A stretch of 63,822 bases of DNA, filler included. It is 3 parts of 3 records of this genome, joined end to end, with 100 filler letters (N's around TTAATTAATTAA, not from the genome) between each part and the next. Parts side by side here need not be neighbours in the genome. Positions count along the whole stretch, not along the records: positions 1 to 25,864 come from SRR20825019_1919; 2 more parts are not named here. One strand, given 5' to 3'. Both the position numbers and the translations under genes were made by a program. This document shows positions 1-9,694 of this stretch, in pieces (the stretch's first letter is position 1; every line of letters begins with the position of its first letter). Below the pieces are notes generated by a model. The model ran no database searches. It saw only the letters and a program-made list of their open reading frames with translations, and was not told the DNA's origin.

Positions 1-1
1 T

Positions 2-238
2 GATGGTTTCAGAAGATCTTTTGATAAAAAAGGAATCCGAATTAAAAAACGTGGGATTCTTCAAACGATGGAAATTAAGCCTCCTTTAGAAATTGACTAC
101 GAAAACGACACCATGGATCAAATTGTTGAAAAGTTGGAATATGCTATTGAGCAACATCCATCTTTCTTAAAGGTTATCCCTGCTGCAGAAATTCAAAGTG
201 AAGAAGAATTAAACAAACAACGACAGTGGCATTACTAA
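2..238 (+). CDS. 3' end of a probable lysophospholipid/1-acyl-sn-glycerol-3-phosphate acyltransferase family protein (partial)
   Basis: Open frame from the window edge, DGFRRSFDKKG...AIEQHPSFLKV...QWHY*, with TAA at 236-238. Resembles the C-terminus of flavobacterial acyltransferases; catalytic motifs lie outside the window. Confidence 0.55.
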   Translation, partial: DGFRRSFDKKGIRIKKRGILQTMEIKPPLEIDYENDTMDQIVEKLEYAIEQHPSFLKVIPAAEIQSEEELNKQRQWHY

Positions 239-270
239 GACTTGGTACTATGTGCTAATTGATTTGTCTC

Positions 271-305
271 TCAACATTCAATATTCAATTCTCAACTCTC
301 AATAC
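271..305. repeat. Five tandem heptamers (TCAANNN) between convergent genes
   Basis: TCAACAT TCAATAT TCAATTC TCAACTC TCAATAC at an exact 7-nt period. Confidence 0.7.
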
Positions 306-322
306 TAGGTATTATCACCACC

Positions 323-970
323 TCAACCTTCAATTTTCTCAAGTTCTTTATAGTTTTTATGAAGTCTTCGTAATAAGATTCCGTAGACCAATCTATAAAA
401 AAGGAAGACAAAGCCAATAGCTAATAATCCAAAGATAAACTGAACCCAGAAAAATATTTTCAGAAACTTTTCTTTCCCAATAGATTCTGAAATTCCGTAA
501 TCTTCAACCATATATTTGAATATAATGTCTTGATTGAAGTAATAATAAATATTGCTACCAAGGATTAATAAAATAGCAATTACGATGTTATAGATTATAA
601 AATACCTTACAATTTTTCGACTGCGCAGAATATTTGCCATTAAACTTTTTACTGAATCTGTTACTTGTATTTTGCGATAATTTATATAAATAAGGATTAT
701 GAATGCAATAATAACAACATAACTTACAATGTTTACAATCATTAAAAAATCATGAAAACCAATATCGTCTGTAAATTTGGTGCTGGACTCGGGAACCAAT
801 AATGAGAGTATAACCCAAAAAATAATCTCAGCGATACTTATATAGAAAATCCACTTCACGATAGACGAAGATTTCTTCAATAACATTTTATAAATGTCAT
901 CATAGGAAAGTTTCGGGAGATCTTGTTCCCGACTTTGCCATTGCTTTTTTAATAAATCTAATTCATCCAT
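323..970 (-). CDS. Four-TM membrane protein, probable anti-sigma factor for the upstream ECF sigma
   Basis: Four hydrophobic segments; MDELDLLKKQW N-terminus; starts 6 nt after the ECF sigma stop. Confidence 0.65.
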   Translation of the reverse strand: MDELDLLKKQWQSREQDLPKLSYDDIYKMLLKKSSSIVKWIFYISIAEIIFWVILSLLVPESSTKFTDDIGFHDFLMIVNIVSYVVIIAFIILIYINYRKIQVTDSVKSLMANILRSRKIVRYFIIYNIVIAILLILGSNIYYYFNQDIIFKYMVEDYGISESIGKEKFLKIFFWVQFIFGLLAIGFVFLFYRLVYGILLRRLHKNYKELEKIEG

Positions 971-976
971 AGTGGG

Positions 977-1471
977 TTACGGATTTAAAATTGTTCGTAA
1001 TTTTTCCTTTATCCTATTCATTTTTACTCTTGCATTTACTTCGGTAATACCTAATGTTTCAGAAATCTCTCTATAATTTTTATCTTCCAAATAAAGAAAA
1101 ACTAAGGCTTTATCAATATCATTTAAATCTTTAACAGCGCTATACATCAATTTTAGTTGCTGCTCTACAGTATCGTCATAATCTTCAGAAGAAATTTTAA
1201 AACTTACACCCTCAAAATCTTGAGTTTTTATGCTTCGTTTCGATTTTCTGTATAGAGTAATTGCTGTATTTAAAGCCACACGATACATCCAAGTGCTAAA
1301 CTTAGAATCGCCTCTAAATTTTGGGAATGCGCGCCAAAGCTGAATGGTTATTTCCTGAAACAGATCGTTGTGTGCGTCACTGTCGTTGGTATATAACCTA
1401 CAGATTTTATGTACAATGTTTTGGTTTTCCTCTAATTGAGTTACAAAACTATGTTCCAGTTCTTTGTTCAA
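977..1471 (-). CDS. ECF RNA polymerase sigma factor (sigma-70 family)
   Basis: Region 2 DLFQEI...FSTWMYRVALNTAI; region 4 YREISETLGITEVNARVKMNRIK. Confidence 0.93.
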   Translation of the reverse strand: MNKELEHSFVTQLEENQNIVHKICRLYTNDSDAHNDLFQEITIQLWRAFPKFRGDSKFSTWMYRVALNTAITLYRKSKRSIKTQDFEGVSFKISSEDYDDTVEQQLKLMYSAVKDLNDIDKALVFLYLEDKNYREISETLGITEVNARVKMNRIKEKLRTILNP

Positions 1472-1586
1472 TGGTTTTTTGTTGGCTTTTTTATTAGTGT
1501 TCTATTTAAACCCTTTGTTACAAAATTCCTAAAAAATAAGTGTACTTCCCCTACAAAGACTAATTTTGTTATATAAATTTAAAAAG

Positions 1587-2858
1587 ATGAATATTCCTGA
1601 AACTGGTGTCCCACGTATAGTTGTAATCGGTGGTGGATTTGCCGGTATTTCCTTTATAAAACAACTTCAGAAAGAAAAAGTGCAAATAGTACTTTTTGAT
1701 AGGCATAATTATCACACCTTTCAACCTTTGTTATACCAAGTTTCTACAGCAGGGCTGGAGCCAGATTCTATTGCATATCCACTTCGAAAAATTTTCAGAA
1801 AAAACAAAGATTTTCACTTTAGAATGGCGGAAGTGGAGCATATTAATACGGATACTAATACCATTTCAACGTCGGTTGGGAGTTTAACATATGATTATTT
1901 GGTAGTAGCCACTGGTACGCGAACTAATTTTTTTGGAAATAAAAGCATTGCTGAAAATAGCATGCCAATGAAAACTGTTCCTCAAGCTTTAAACATTCGT
2001 AGTTTGATTCTACAAAACATTGAAAAAGCAGATATTACAACAAATGAAACGGAACGTAAAAGACTTTTAAATTTTGTAATCGCAGGTGCAGGCCCAACGG
2101 GTGTTGAGCTTGCTGGTGCTTTGGCTGAATTCAGAAAAGGAATTCTTGAAAACGATTATCCAGCGCTTAATGAAATTGAAATGAATGTTCATTTAATTGA
2201 AGGTTTAGACAGAGTTTTACCGCCAATGAGCGAAAAGGTTTCTAAAAAGGCACAAAGTTTTCTTGAAAATCTCGGCGTGCAAGTTCACCTTAAAACATTT
2301 ATAAGCGATTATGACGGGAAAACGGTAACAACCAACGACGGTAAAAAATTTGAAACCGCTACTTTTATTTGGGCAGCAGGAGTAACAGGTGCTCCAATTG
2401 AAGGTATTAATGGCGAAGCTTTAATAGAACGTGCAAATAGGTATCGTGTTGATGAATTCAATAAAGTGAAAGGTTTTAAAAATATTTATGCCTTGGGCGA
2501 TATTGCTTTAATGCAATCAGAAAAATACCCTAAAGGGCATCCGCAAGTGGCGCAACCTGCAATTCAGCAAGGGAAAAGTTTAGGAAAAAATTTTGCTAAA
2601 ATGTTGAAAGGTTCTAAAATGGAAGCCTTTAAATATTTTGATAAAGGAACCATGGCCACTGTAGGAAGAAATAAAGCTGTGGTCGATATTGGTAATATGC
2701 ATTTTGGAGGTGCTATTGCCTGGTTTTTATGGATGTTTGTACACCTTTGGTTCTTGGTAGGTTTTAGAAATAGAGTGATTACTTTTTTTAATTGGACGTA
2801 CAGCTATATAAATTATGACCGAGCTGCACGATTAATTATCCGTCCGTTTAAAAAATAA
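1587..2858 (+). CDS. ndh: Type II NADH dehydrogenase (NAD(P)/FAD-dependent oxidoreductase)
   Basis: Two Rossmann motifs, GGGFAG and GAGPTGVELAG, plus FQPLLYQV and AQPAIQQG; ATG 1587 preferred as start. Confidence 0.92.
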   Translation: MNIPETGVPRIVVIGGGFAGISFIKQLQKEKVQIVLFDRHNYHTFQPLLYQVSTAGLEPDSIAYPLRKIFRKNKDFHFRMAEVEHINTDTNTISTSVGSLTYDYLVVATGTRTNFFGNKSIAENSMPMKTVPQALNIRSLILQNIEKADITTNETERKRLLNFVIAGAGPTGVELAGALAEFRKGILENDYPALNEIEMNVHLIEGLDRVLPPMSEKVSKKAQSFLENLGVQVHLKTFISDYDGKTVTTNDGKKFETATFIWAAGVTGAPIEGINGEALIERANRYRVDEFNKVKGFKNIYALGDIALMQSEKYPKGHPQVAQPAIQQGKSLGKNFAKMLKGSKMEAFKYFDKGTMATVGRNKAVVDIGNMHFGGAIAWFLWMFVHLWFLVGFRNRVITFFNWTYSYINYDRAARLIIRPFKK

Positions 2859-2885
2859 TGACTGCATTTTAAAGCAATATTTAGC

Positions 2886-3482
2886 TTAACAGTTTTTATA
2901 TTTATCATAAAGTCCAATTCCTTGTTTAATCATTACTGAGCATTTCTCAAGGCGACTTTGTTGTGTAATTTCACGTTTGGCATTCCCAATATGTTCTGCA
3001 TATTCACGCTGTTTACCTGGAGTAAGTTTATAAAATTGCACTTTTAAATTTTTGTCTTCTGAAAGTGCTTTATTAAAAATTTCAGGGATGGAAATATCTT
3101 TTTTCACCACTTTTTTTAATTCTTTTCCAGCTATCGAATTTGCTATTGCTTCTTCTACATACTCCAATACAAGTTTAGAATCTATGGTGTCGCTTTCTTC
3201 AAATCGCCACTGCCGTAGTGCTTTTGTAACCCCTTCTTGCGCATTGATAAGTTTATTGCTCTTGTCCTTTAAAAAAACGCCTTGATGAAACCAAATGGCA
3301 ATGTGGTTTTTAAAATCGGACATTGCTGCAATCATTTTTCCATTAAGAGTATATGTTGGTTTTCCCCATTTTACTTCTTCTTTTAGCTCCGTTTTTTGAA
3401 AAACTTCGCGAAGCAATTGCAGCTTTTCTTTCCACTTTGTTTGCTTTGTTATAAAAGCATCTACTTTTTCAGAATCGGTCAT
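2886..3482 (-). CDS. YdeI/OmpD-associated (DUF1801) family protein
   Basis: KWGKPTY, WFHQGVFLKD, LTPGKQREY...AKREITQQSR. Confidence 0.85.
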   Translation of the reverse strand: MTDSEKVDAFITKQTKWKEKLQLLREVFQKTELKEEVKWGKPTYTLNGKMIAAMSDFKNHIAIWFHQGVFLKDKSNKLINAQEGVTKALRQWRFEESDTIDSKLVLEYVEEAIANSIAGKELKKVVKKDISIPEIFNKALSEDKNLKVQFYKLTPGKQREYAEHIGNAKREITQQSRLEKCSVMIKQGIGLYDKYKNC

Positions 3483-3584
3483 ATTTTTTATTTTAATCCG
3501 AAGATACAATTTTCTCTAAGAATTTTTAAAATCGATTTTTCTCGTTTATTGTATAAAAATCCATAATGCTTTTTTGTTGAAATA

Positions 3585-3621
3585 AAACATATATTTATTG
3601 TTTATCAATAAATATATGTTT
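3585..3621. promoter_or_regulatory. Perfect 16-bp inverted repeat, probable operator of the DUF2975-XRE operon
   Basis: AAACATATATTTATTG-TTTAT-CAATAAATATATGTTT, abutting a Bacteroidetes -7-like TATATTCG at 3621-3628. Confidence 0.65.
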
Positions 3622-3650
3622 ATATTCGCAAAATAATTTTAAATCTTATT

Positions 3651-4178
3651 ATGATGAAAACAGCTATTATAATGAAAGTGATGAATGTTATTTTCTGGAT
3701 AATCTTTGTCAGTTTGTGTATCAAAACCGGTGCCTTGATAGTTTCTTTTTTTATGAGTTTGTTTCCTAACCCTGATGATTTAGTAAACCTTTATTTGGGA
3801 GTTAGCTTTTTCGAATTGAACCCAATTTATATAATCCATTACATAGGTGTTCTCAGCTTTTTAATGATATTGACGGGAATGAAAGCCTATATCGCCTATC
3901 TTGCTATTAAGCTTTTTATGAAATTTGATTTGAATAATCCATTCAACAAAAGGGTTGCAGACTTAATTTCAAAAATCAGTTATTTTGCATTGAGCATTGC
4001 TGTTGTCGCTTTAATTGCCAATCAATATACCGAACGTATAGTAAAAAAAGCAGCAGAAATGTCCCAAATAGATTGGGGTGCACAGGAATTTCTGTTTTTT
4101 GCGGGTATCATATATATTCTAGCTTTGGTTTTTAAAAGAGGAGTGGAAATTCAAAACGAAAACGAATTAACAATATAA
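3651..4178 (+). CDS. DUF2975 family membrane protein
   Basis: Four TM segments; C-terminal VFKRGVEIQNENELTI; followed by a small XRE gene. Confidence 0.88.
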   Translation: MMKTAIIMKVMNVIFWIIFVSLCIKTGALIVSFFMSLFPNPDDLVNLYLGVSFFELNPIYIIHYIGVLSFLMILTGMKAYIAYLAIKLFMKFDLNNPFNKRVADLISKISYFALSIAVVALIANQYTERIVKKAAEMSQIDWGAQEFLFFAGIIYILALVFKRGVEIQNENELTI

Positions 4179-4181
4179 AGT

Positions 4182-4385
4182 ATGCCAATAGTTGTAAACT
4201 TAGACGTAATGATGGCGAAACGAAAAATGTCATTAAATGAGCTTTCCGAAAAAGTGGGATTAACCCTTTCCAACCTTTCCATTTTGAAAACTGGAAAAGC
4301 AAAAGCAATACGTTTTACCACTTTGGAAGCCATTTGCGAAGTGCTTGAATGTCAGCCTGGCGATATTTTGGAATTTGTTTCTTGA
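4182..4385 (+). CDS. XRE/Cro-family HTH regulator (YozG-like)
   Basis: LDVMMAKRKMSLNELSEKVGLTLSNLSILKTGKAKAIRFTTLEAIC...CQPGDIL. Confidence 0.92.
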   Translation: MPIVVNLDVMMAKRKMSLNELSEKVGLTLSNLSILKTGKAKAIRFTTLEAICEVLECQPGDILEFVS

Positions 4386-4389
4386 ATTT

Positions 4390-4419
4390 ACAATTGAGCA
4401 ATCCATTTTTACAGTTCGG
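4390..4419 (+). promoter_or_regulatory. LytTR-type direct-repeat site upstream of the TonB-dependent receptor
   Basis: ACAATTGAG-N12-ACAGTTCGG. Confidence 0.75.
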
Positions 4420-4485
4420 TCTATTTTCTTCTGAAAAGTTATTTCAGAGTTTCATTTTTGTACTGAAAATAAAACCAACCGCTAC

Positions 4486-6639
4486 ATGAAAATTTCAGTT
4501 ATTACCCTTTTACTCATCGTTTTTCCGTCCTTGTTTTTTGCACAAACCATTATTTCAGGAACTGTTACAGACAACAAAGGCATCCCGATTATTGGCGCTA
4601 ATGTATATTTAGATGGTACCTATGATGGCACTTCAACTACCGACAGCGGCACTTTTTCATTTGAAACCTCAGAAACGGGTACACAAACCTTAACCATTTC
4701 ATACGTTTCTTTTGAAACAACTATTTTGATTAAAGAAGTTTCAGAAATGAAAAATCTAGCGATTGTGCTTCGTGAAGATGTAAACTCATTAGAGACTGTA
4801 ACTATTGCTGCGGGCTCATTTTCTGCAGGCGATAATAGTAAAATTTCAGTTTTAAAACCTTTAGATATTGTAACAACTGCAAGTGCTTTGGGTGATTTTG
4901 TAGGTGCACTACAAACGTTGCCAGGTACAACAACTGTTGCTGAAGACGGTCGTCTTTTTGTTCGTGGTGGCGATGCTAATGAAACTCAAATTTTTATTGA
5001 TGGCATTCGTGTTTTTACGCCTTATGCTCCCTCAACAAATAATATCCCTACACGCGGCCGGTACAGTCCTTTTTTGTTTGATGGAATTACATTTTCTACG
5101 GGTGGATATTCTGCGGAATATGGACAGGCGCTGTCTTCCGTATTGCTTTTAAATACAATTGACGCACCTGATCAAGAAAAAACAGATATCGGTATTATGA
5201 GTGTAGGTGGTAGTTTAGGGCATACAAAAAAATGGGAGAAAAGCTCTTTAAGTTTAAATACTTCATATATAAACTTAGCTCCTTACAATGCTATTTTTCC
5301 GGATAGAAATGAGTGGCATAAGCCTTTTGAAACAGTTTCAGGTGAGGCAGTATTTCGTCAAAAAATTGGGGATGGATTGCTAAAAGTGTACGGTGCTTTT
5401 GATACTTCCAACTTTTCATTAACTCAAGAAGATATCAACCAAGCGGAAGGCGTAACTTTTAGTCTTAAAAACCAAAACTTTTATACAAACGCCAGCTATA
5501 GTGAAATGCTTGAAAAAGATTGGACAATTTTTGTAGGAGGAAGTTATACGCATGGCCGAACAAAAATAGGTATCGATGAAGCAACAATTAAAGATGTTGA
5601 AAATTCAGCCCACCTTAAATTCAAATTAAAAAAACGCTTTAGTAATTACTTTAAATTAAATTTTGGAGCAGAACAGTTTTTGACTGATTTCAACGAAAAC
5701 TATAAAGAACCTAACTTTGACACAAAATTAGGTTTCAACAATGCTATTTCTGCAACTTTTACTGAAGCAGATATTATTTTTTCAAGAAAATTAGCTTTAA
5801 AGTTTGGTGTTCGAGGAGAATACAGCGAATTATTTAGCGAATTTACATTTTCACCAAGAGCTTCATTTGCATATAAAACAGGTAAAAATAGCCAGCTTTC
5901 ATTAGCGTATGGAGACTTTTACCAACAACCTAATAGTGAAGTGTTGAAGTTTACAAATAGCTTAGAAGCACAAAATACCCAACATTACATTATGAACTAT
6001 CAATATTCTGCAAACAACCGAATTTTTCGAGCTGAAGTTTATAGAAAACAGTATAATAATCTTGTAACATATTCGGAAGCGTTACCTAATGAAGCCTCTA
6101 TTTTTTCGAATGACGGAAATGGATACGCCCAAGGCCTTGATTTATTTTGGCGGGATAATAAAAGTATTAAAAATGTAGATTATTGGCTGAGCTATTCCTA
6201 TTTGGATACCGAACGAAAATATAAAAACTATCCAACGGAAGCCACGCCAAGCTTTGCAAATACACATAATTTTTCCGCTGTTGCGAAATATTGGATAGAC
6301 GATTGGAAAAGTCAAGTAGGTTTTAGCTATCAATATGGTAGCGGCAGAACCTATACCGATGCAAACGAACCAGGATTTCTTCAGAAAAAAACAAGAGGAT
6401 ATAATAATGTAAGTTTAAACTGGGCGTATTTACTTTCACAACAGAAAATCCTTTATTTTTCAATAAATAACGCTTTCGCTTTTAATAATATTAATGGGTA
6501 TCAATACGCAAACACACCCGATGTTAATGGAAATTTTGCAAGACGAGAGCTTCAGCCAGCCGCTGATCAATTCTTTTTTGTAGGATTCTTTTGGACAATT
6601 AGCGACGACGGAAAAGACAATCAATTGAATAATTTATAA
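4486..6639 (+). CDS. TonB-dependent receptor with N-terminal carboxypeptidase-regulatory-like domain and plug
   Basis: Signal peptide; ISGTVTD...PIIGANV; plug LQTLPG...LFVRGG...FSTGGYSAEYG; aromatic-rich beta-barrel. Confidence 0.9.
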   Translation: MKISVITLLLIVFPSLFFAQTIISGTVTDNKGIPIIGANVYLDGTYDGTSTTDSGTFSFETSETGTQTLTISYVSFETTILIKEVSEMKNLAIVLREDVNSLETVTIAAGSFSAGDNSKISVLKPLDIVTTASALGDFVGALQTLPGTTTVAEDGRLFVRGGDANETQIFIDGIRVFTPYAPSTNNIPTRGRYSPFLFDGITFSTGGYSAEYGQALSSVLLLNTIDAPDQEKTDIGIMSVGGSLGHTKKWEKSSLSLNTSYINLAPYNAIFPDRNEWHKPFETVSGEAVFRQKIGDGLLKVYGAFDTSNFSLTQEDINQAEGVTFSLKNQNFYTNASYSEMLEKDWTIFVGGSYTHGRTKIGIDEATIKDVENSAHLKFKLKKRFSNYFKLNFGAEQFLTDFNENYKEPNFDTKLGFNNAISATFTEADIIFSRKLALKFGVRGEYSELFSEFTFSPRASFAYKTGKNSQLSLAYGDFYQQPNSEVLKFTNSLEAQNTQHYIMNYQYSANNRIFRAEVYRKQYNNLVTYSEALPNEASIFSNDGNGYAQGLDLFWRDNKSIKNVDYWLSYSYLDTERKYKNYPTEATPSFANTHNFSAVAKYWIDDWKSQVGFSYQYGSGRTYTDANEPGFLQKKTRGYNNVSLNWAYLLSQQKILYFSINNAFAFNNINGYQYANTPDVNGNFARRELQPAADQFFFVGFFWTISDDGKDNQLNNL

Positions 6640-6643
6640 AGTT

Positions 6644-6673
6644 ACAATTCAGTTGCTAAATGCAACAGTTGGG
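6644..6673 (+). promoter_or_regulatory. LytTR-type direct-repeat site upstream of DUF2141
   Basis: ACAATTCAG-N12-ACAGTTGGG; -7 element TAACTTTG at 6697-6704. Confidence 0.75.
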
Positions 6674-6743
6674 TTCATTGCTTTTTTAAGTATGCCTAAC
6701 TTTGGTGAAATTTGAATAATTAAAAAACTTAATACTATATAAA

Positions 6744-7160
6744 ATGAAAACAATACTCACTTTAGTACTAATTTTTTCAGCTACAATGGTTCTTCAGGCA
6801 CAGAATACTATTGAAGTTTCCATTTCTGGTTTCACAAATGATAAAGGAAAAGCGATGATTGGTCTTTATAATTCAGAAAATGACTTTCTAGAAAACGAAT
6901 ATAAATATGCAACACCAGCAATACTTAATAAACAATCAAAAGCTTCTTTTGCAGGAATTCCAGATGGAGTATATGCCATTTCTGTTTTTCATGATGAGGA
7001 TGATGATAATGAATTTGATATGTTTATGGGTTTTATTCCAAGGGAAGATTATGGAAACTCTAATAATGTACCGCCAAGATTTGGTCCGCCTGAGTGGAGT
7101 GATGCAAAGTTTGAAGTTAAGGGAGGTGAAGTCACCACAATTGAAATTAAAATACTTTGA
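6744..7160 (+). CDS. DUF2141 family secreted protein
   Basis: Signal peptide; GVYAISVFHDED...GFIPREDYGNSNN...FGPPEWSDAKF. Confidence 0.88.
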   Translation: MKTILTLVLIFSATMVLQAQNTIEVSISGFTNDKGKAMIGLYNSENDFLENEYKYATPAILNKQSKASFAGIPDGVYAISVFHDEDDDNEFDMFMGFIPREDYGNSNNVPPRFGPPEWSDAKFEVKGGEVTTIEIKIL

Positions 7161-7219
7161 TTTTTTATACAGTTACAACAAATAAATTCTTGAGAATAGT
7201 AATCAATAAAACAATAATC

Positions 7220-7882
7220 ATGCAACACATACTTACTTATTTTACTTTGTTTTTTACTGCTTTAGTAATGCAAGCACAAACCGAACTTCCTGAAACTGGT
7301 TCAGATTCTGACCCTACAAAATATCAAATAGGAATGCAAAAAGCTTTTAAACTCTGGGAAGAAAACAAACCTTGGGAGGCTGCAAATGTTTTTGAAAGAA
7401 TTGCCACTGCCGAACCTGATAATTGGTTGCCGCCTTATTACGTAGCTCAAATTAATATTATGTATAGTTTTTCTGAAAAAGATGCTGTAAAATTAAAAGC
7501 ACAATTAGATAAAGCTCAGGATTTTATAAATGATGCCACAACAATTTCAAAAGATAACCCAGAATTACTAGTGCTTCAAGCGCAATGGTATACCGTTTGG
7601 ATTGTTTTTGATGGACAGCAATATGGAATGAAATATTCTGCAAAAGCAGCTGCGCTTCACAATAAAGCAAATGCCTTGGCTCCAAATAACCCACGTATTA
7701 TTTTAGCAAAAGCTGAATGGGATATGGGTGGTGCAAAATACTTTGGGCAACCATTAGATCCCTTTTGTAAGGACATTCAGCGTGCCATAGATCTTTTTGC
7801 TACCTTTAAACCTGCTGGAGAATTTTACCCAACTTATGGTGAAGAAAGAGCCAAACAAGTTCAGGCAGAAAGTTGTAAATAA
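7220..7882 (+). CDS. Secreted TPR-like helical protein
   Basis: Signal peptide from ATG 7220; FERIA...WLPPYY and APNNPR helical-repeat motifs. Confidence 0.7.
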   Translation: MQHILTYFTLFFTALVMQAQTELPETGSDSDPTKYQIGMQKAFKLWEENKPWEAANVFERIATAEPDNWLPPYYVAQINIMYSFSEKDAVKLKAQLDKAQDFINDATTISKDNPELLVLQAQWYTVWIVFDGQQYGMKYSAKAAALHNKANALAPNNPRIILAKAEWDMGGAKYFGQPLDPFCKDIQRAIDLFATFKPAGEFYPTYGEERAKQVQAESCK

Positions 7883-7953
7883 TCCTTTTTAGTATGAGTT
7901 CAAGAATTTATATAAAGAAAATTCTTGAGGCTTAATTAACAATAAATTAAACG

Positions 7954-9288
7954 ATGGTAATGCGTATTTTAAAAGATTTAGGAAAAGCTTTTTTTGTAGG
8001 AATACTTGTGTTTATTGTACTGGGCTTAATTCAGTATGCTAACGGTTATGAGTTTCAGAGTGGGAGCGAACTCCTTAAATTTTTTCTTTATAACCAACTA
8101 TACTCTGTTGTGCTTTATATGCTGAATGCAAATTACTTTGGGTTTTTATTGAAGCAGTTTCCAAACCAAGTTTTTAAAGCGAAAAACCTTTTAAAAGGAC
8201 TTTTTGGTGGAATTATAGTTACACTTATAGGCCTATTTTTTATACGCGTTTTTACTGAAGTTCTTATTGAAGGAAGAGATTTTTCCACATTTATAGCTTC
8301 AGAAAAGATCCAATATTATTATATCTCGTTTATCATTTCTATAGTTGTAACCATTATTTTTTATTCGGTTTATTATTATAGAAATAAGCAGGAAAGTAAG
8401 GTAACAGAGCAAAAAATAATTGCTGGTACTGCTTCAGCTAAATTTGATGCGCTTAAAAATCAGCTCGATCCACATTTTCTTTTTAATAGCTTGAATGTAC
8501 TTGTTAGTTTAATTGAAGAAAACCCTCAAGCAGCAACTCGGTTTACTACGTCACTTTCAAAAGTGTATCGGTATGTACTGGAGCAGAAAAATAAAGAATT
8601 AGTGACATTGGAGGAAGAATTGAAGTTTGCTGAGTTGTATATTTCGCTATTGGCAGTTCGGTTTGAGGATAGTATTATTTACACTCCACCTGTAACATTA
8701 AAAGATTCGCAAGCAAAGGTTGTGCCTCTATCGTTACAGCTTTTACTAGAAAATGCGGTAAAACACAATCAAGTTACTCCTTCAAAAAAACTTCATATTA
8801 CCATTACTGAAGAAAATGGAAACTTAATTATAACCAATAACAGTCAGCCAAAACAGGTTTTAAAAGAAAGTACCGGTGTAGGTTTACGGAATATTCGTGA
8901 TAGATATGCGCTATTAACAAACCAGCCCGTACTTATTCGAGAAAACAGAAAGGAGTTTAGTGTAACGATTCCTGTTTTGACTCAAAACATAAAATTTATG
9001 AATACACAAGAAACTTTTATTTCAGAAAAAAAATATACGCTAGCTAAAACCAAGGTGGAAAAATTAAAAGCATTTTATGTTCACCTTACAATATATTTAC
9101 TATTTGTACCTGTCTTTATTTACTTAAATTACATTTCAAATGCTGGGTTTCCTTGGGCATTGTTTCCTATTGTAGGATGGGGATTTGGTGTAATGGGCCA
9201 TGCAGCTGAAACATTTAATTACAATCCTTTTTTCGGGAAAGATTGGGAGGAACGTAAAATCCGTGAATTAATGGATAAGGAAGATTAA
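7954..9288 (+). CDS. LytS/YehU-type sensor histidine kinase with a C-terminal 2TM domain
   Basis: N-terminal TMs; LKNQLDPHFLFNSLN, LLENAVKH, TGVGLRNI; C-terminal FYVHL...GWGFG...WEERKI. Confidence 0.92.
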   Translation: MVMRILKDLGKAFFVGILVFIVLGLIQYANGYEFQSGSELLKFFLYNQLYSVVLYMLNANYFGFLLKQFPNQVFKAKNLLKGLFGGIIVTLIGLFFIRVFTEVLIEGRDFSTFIASEKIQYYYISFIISIVVTIIFYSVYYYRNKQESKVTEQKIIAGTASAKFDALKNQLDPHFLFNSLNVLVSLIEENPQAATRFTTSLSKVYRYVLEQKNKELVTLEEELKFAELYISLLAVRFEDSIIYTPPVTLKDSQAKVVPLSLQLLLENAVKHNQVTPSKKLHITITEENGNLIITNNSQPKQVLKESTGVGLRNIRDRYALLTNQPVLIRENRKEFSVTIPVLTQNIKFMNTQETFISEKKYTLAKTKVEKLKAFYVHLTIYLLFVPVFIYLNYISNAGFPWALFPIVGWGFGVMGHAAETFNYNPFFGKDWEERKIRELMDKED

Positions 9289-9291
9289 ATT

Positions 9292-9321
9292 ACAGTTCAT
9301 CCTTTTAATATTACGATTGGG
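9292..9321 (+). promoter_or_regulatory. LytTR-type direct-repeat site upstream of the 2TM genes
   Basis: ACAGTTCAT-N12-ACGATTGGG. Confidence 0.7.
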
Positions 9322-9387
9322 AGACTTCAATTTTAAAAAGGAACTAAGCTGTATTATTTTTATCCTATAATTTAAAACAATCTAAAA

Positions 9388-9693
9388 ATGGAATTTGAAA
9401 ATAAAGAAAATAAGTATCTTAAAGCTAAAGAACGTGTAGCTGAAATTAAGAAGTTTTACACCAGTCTTATATTTTATGTAGTATTTATTTGTGCCCTAGC
9501 AGGATTAAATTATTATGTAAATGAGCTTCGCCACCCTTGGTTTTTATGGGCAGCATTTGGTTGGGGAATCGGAATCTTTTTTCAAGCGTTAAAAGCTTTT
9601 CGCTGGACACCTTTTATAGGAAAAAATTGGGAAGAAAGAAAGATGAAGCAGTTTATGGAAGAAGAGGAATACAACAACAATAACTCCAATTAA
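9388..9693 (+). CDS. 2TM domain protein
   Basis: AKERV..IKKFY...WGIG...WEERK. Confidence 0.85.
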   Translation: MEFENKENKYLKAKERVAEIKKFYTSLIFYVVFICALAGLNYYVNELRHPWFLWAAFGWGIGIFFQALKAFRWTPFIGKNWEERKMKQFMEEEEYNNNNSN

Positions 9694-9694
9694 G

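Noticed and set aside
7900-7928. Hairpin TCAAGAATTT-N9-AAATTCTTGA as a terminator
   Set aside because: AT-rich stem with no U-tract; at most an mRNA-stability hairpin.
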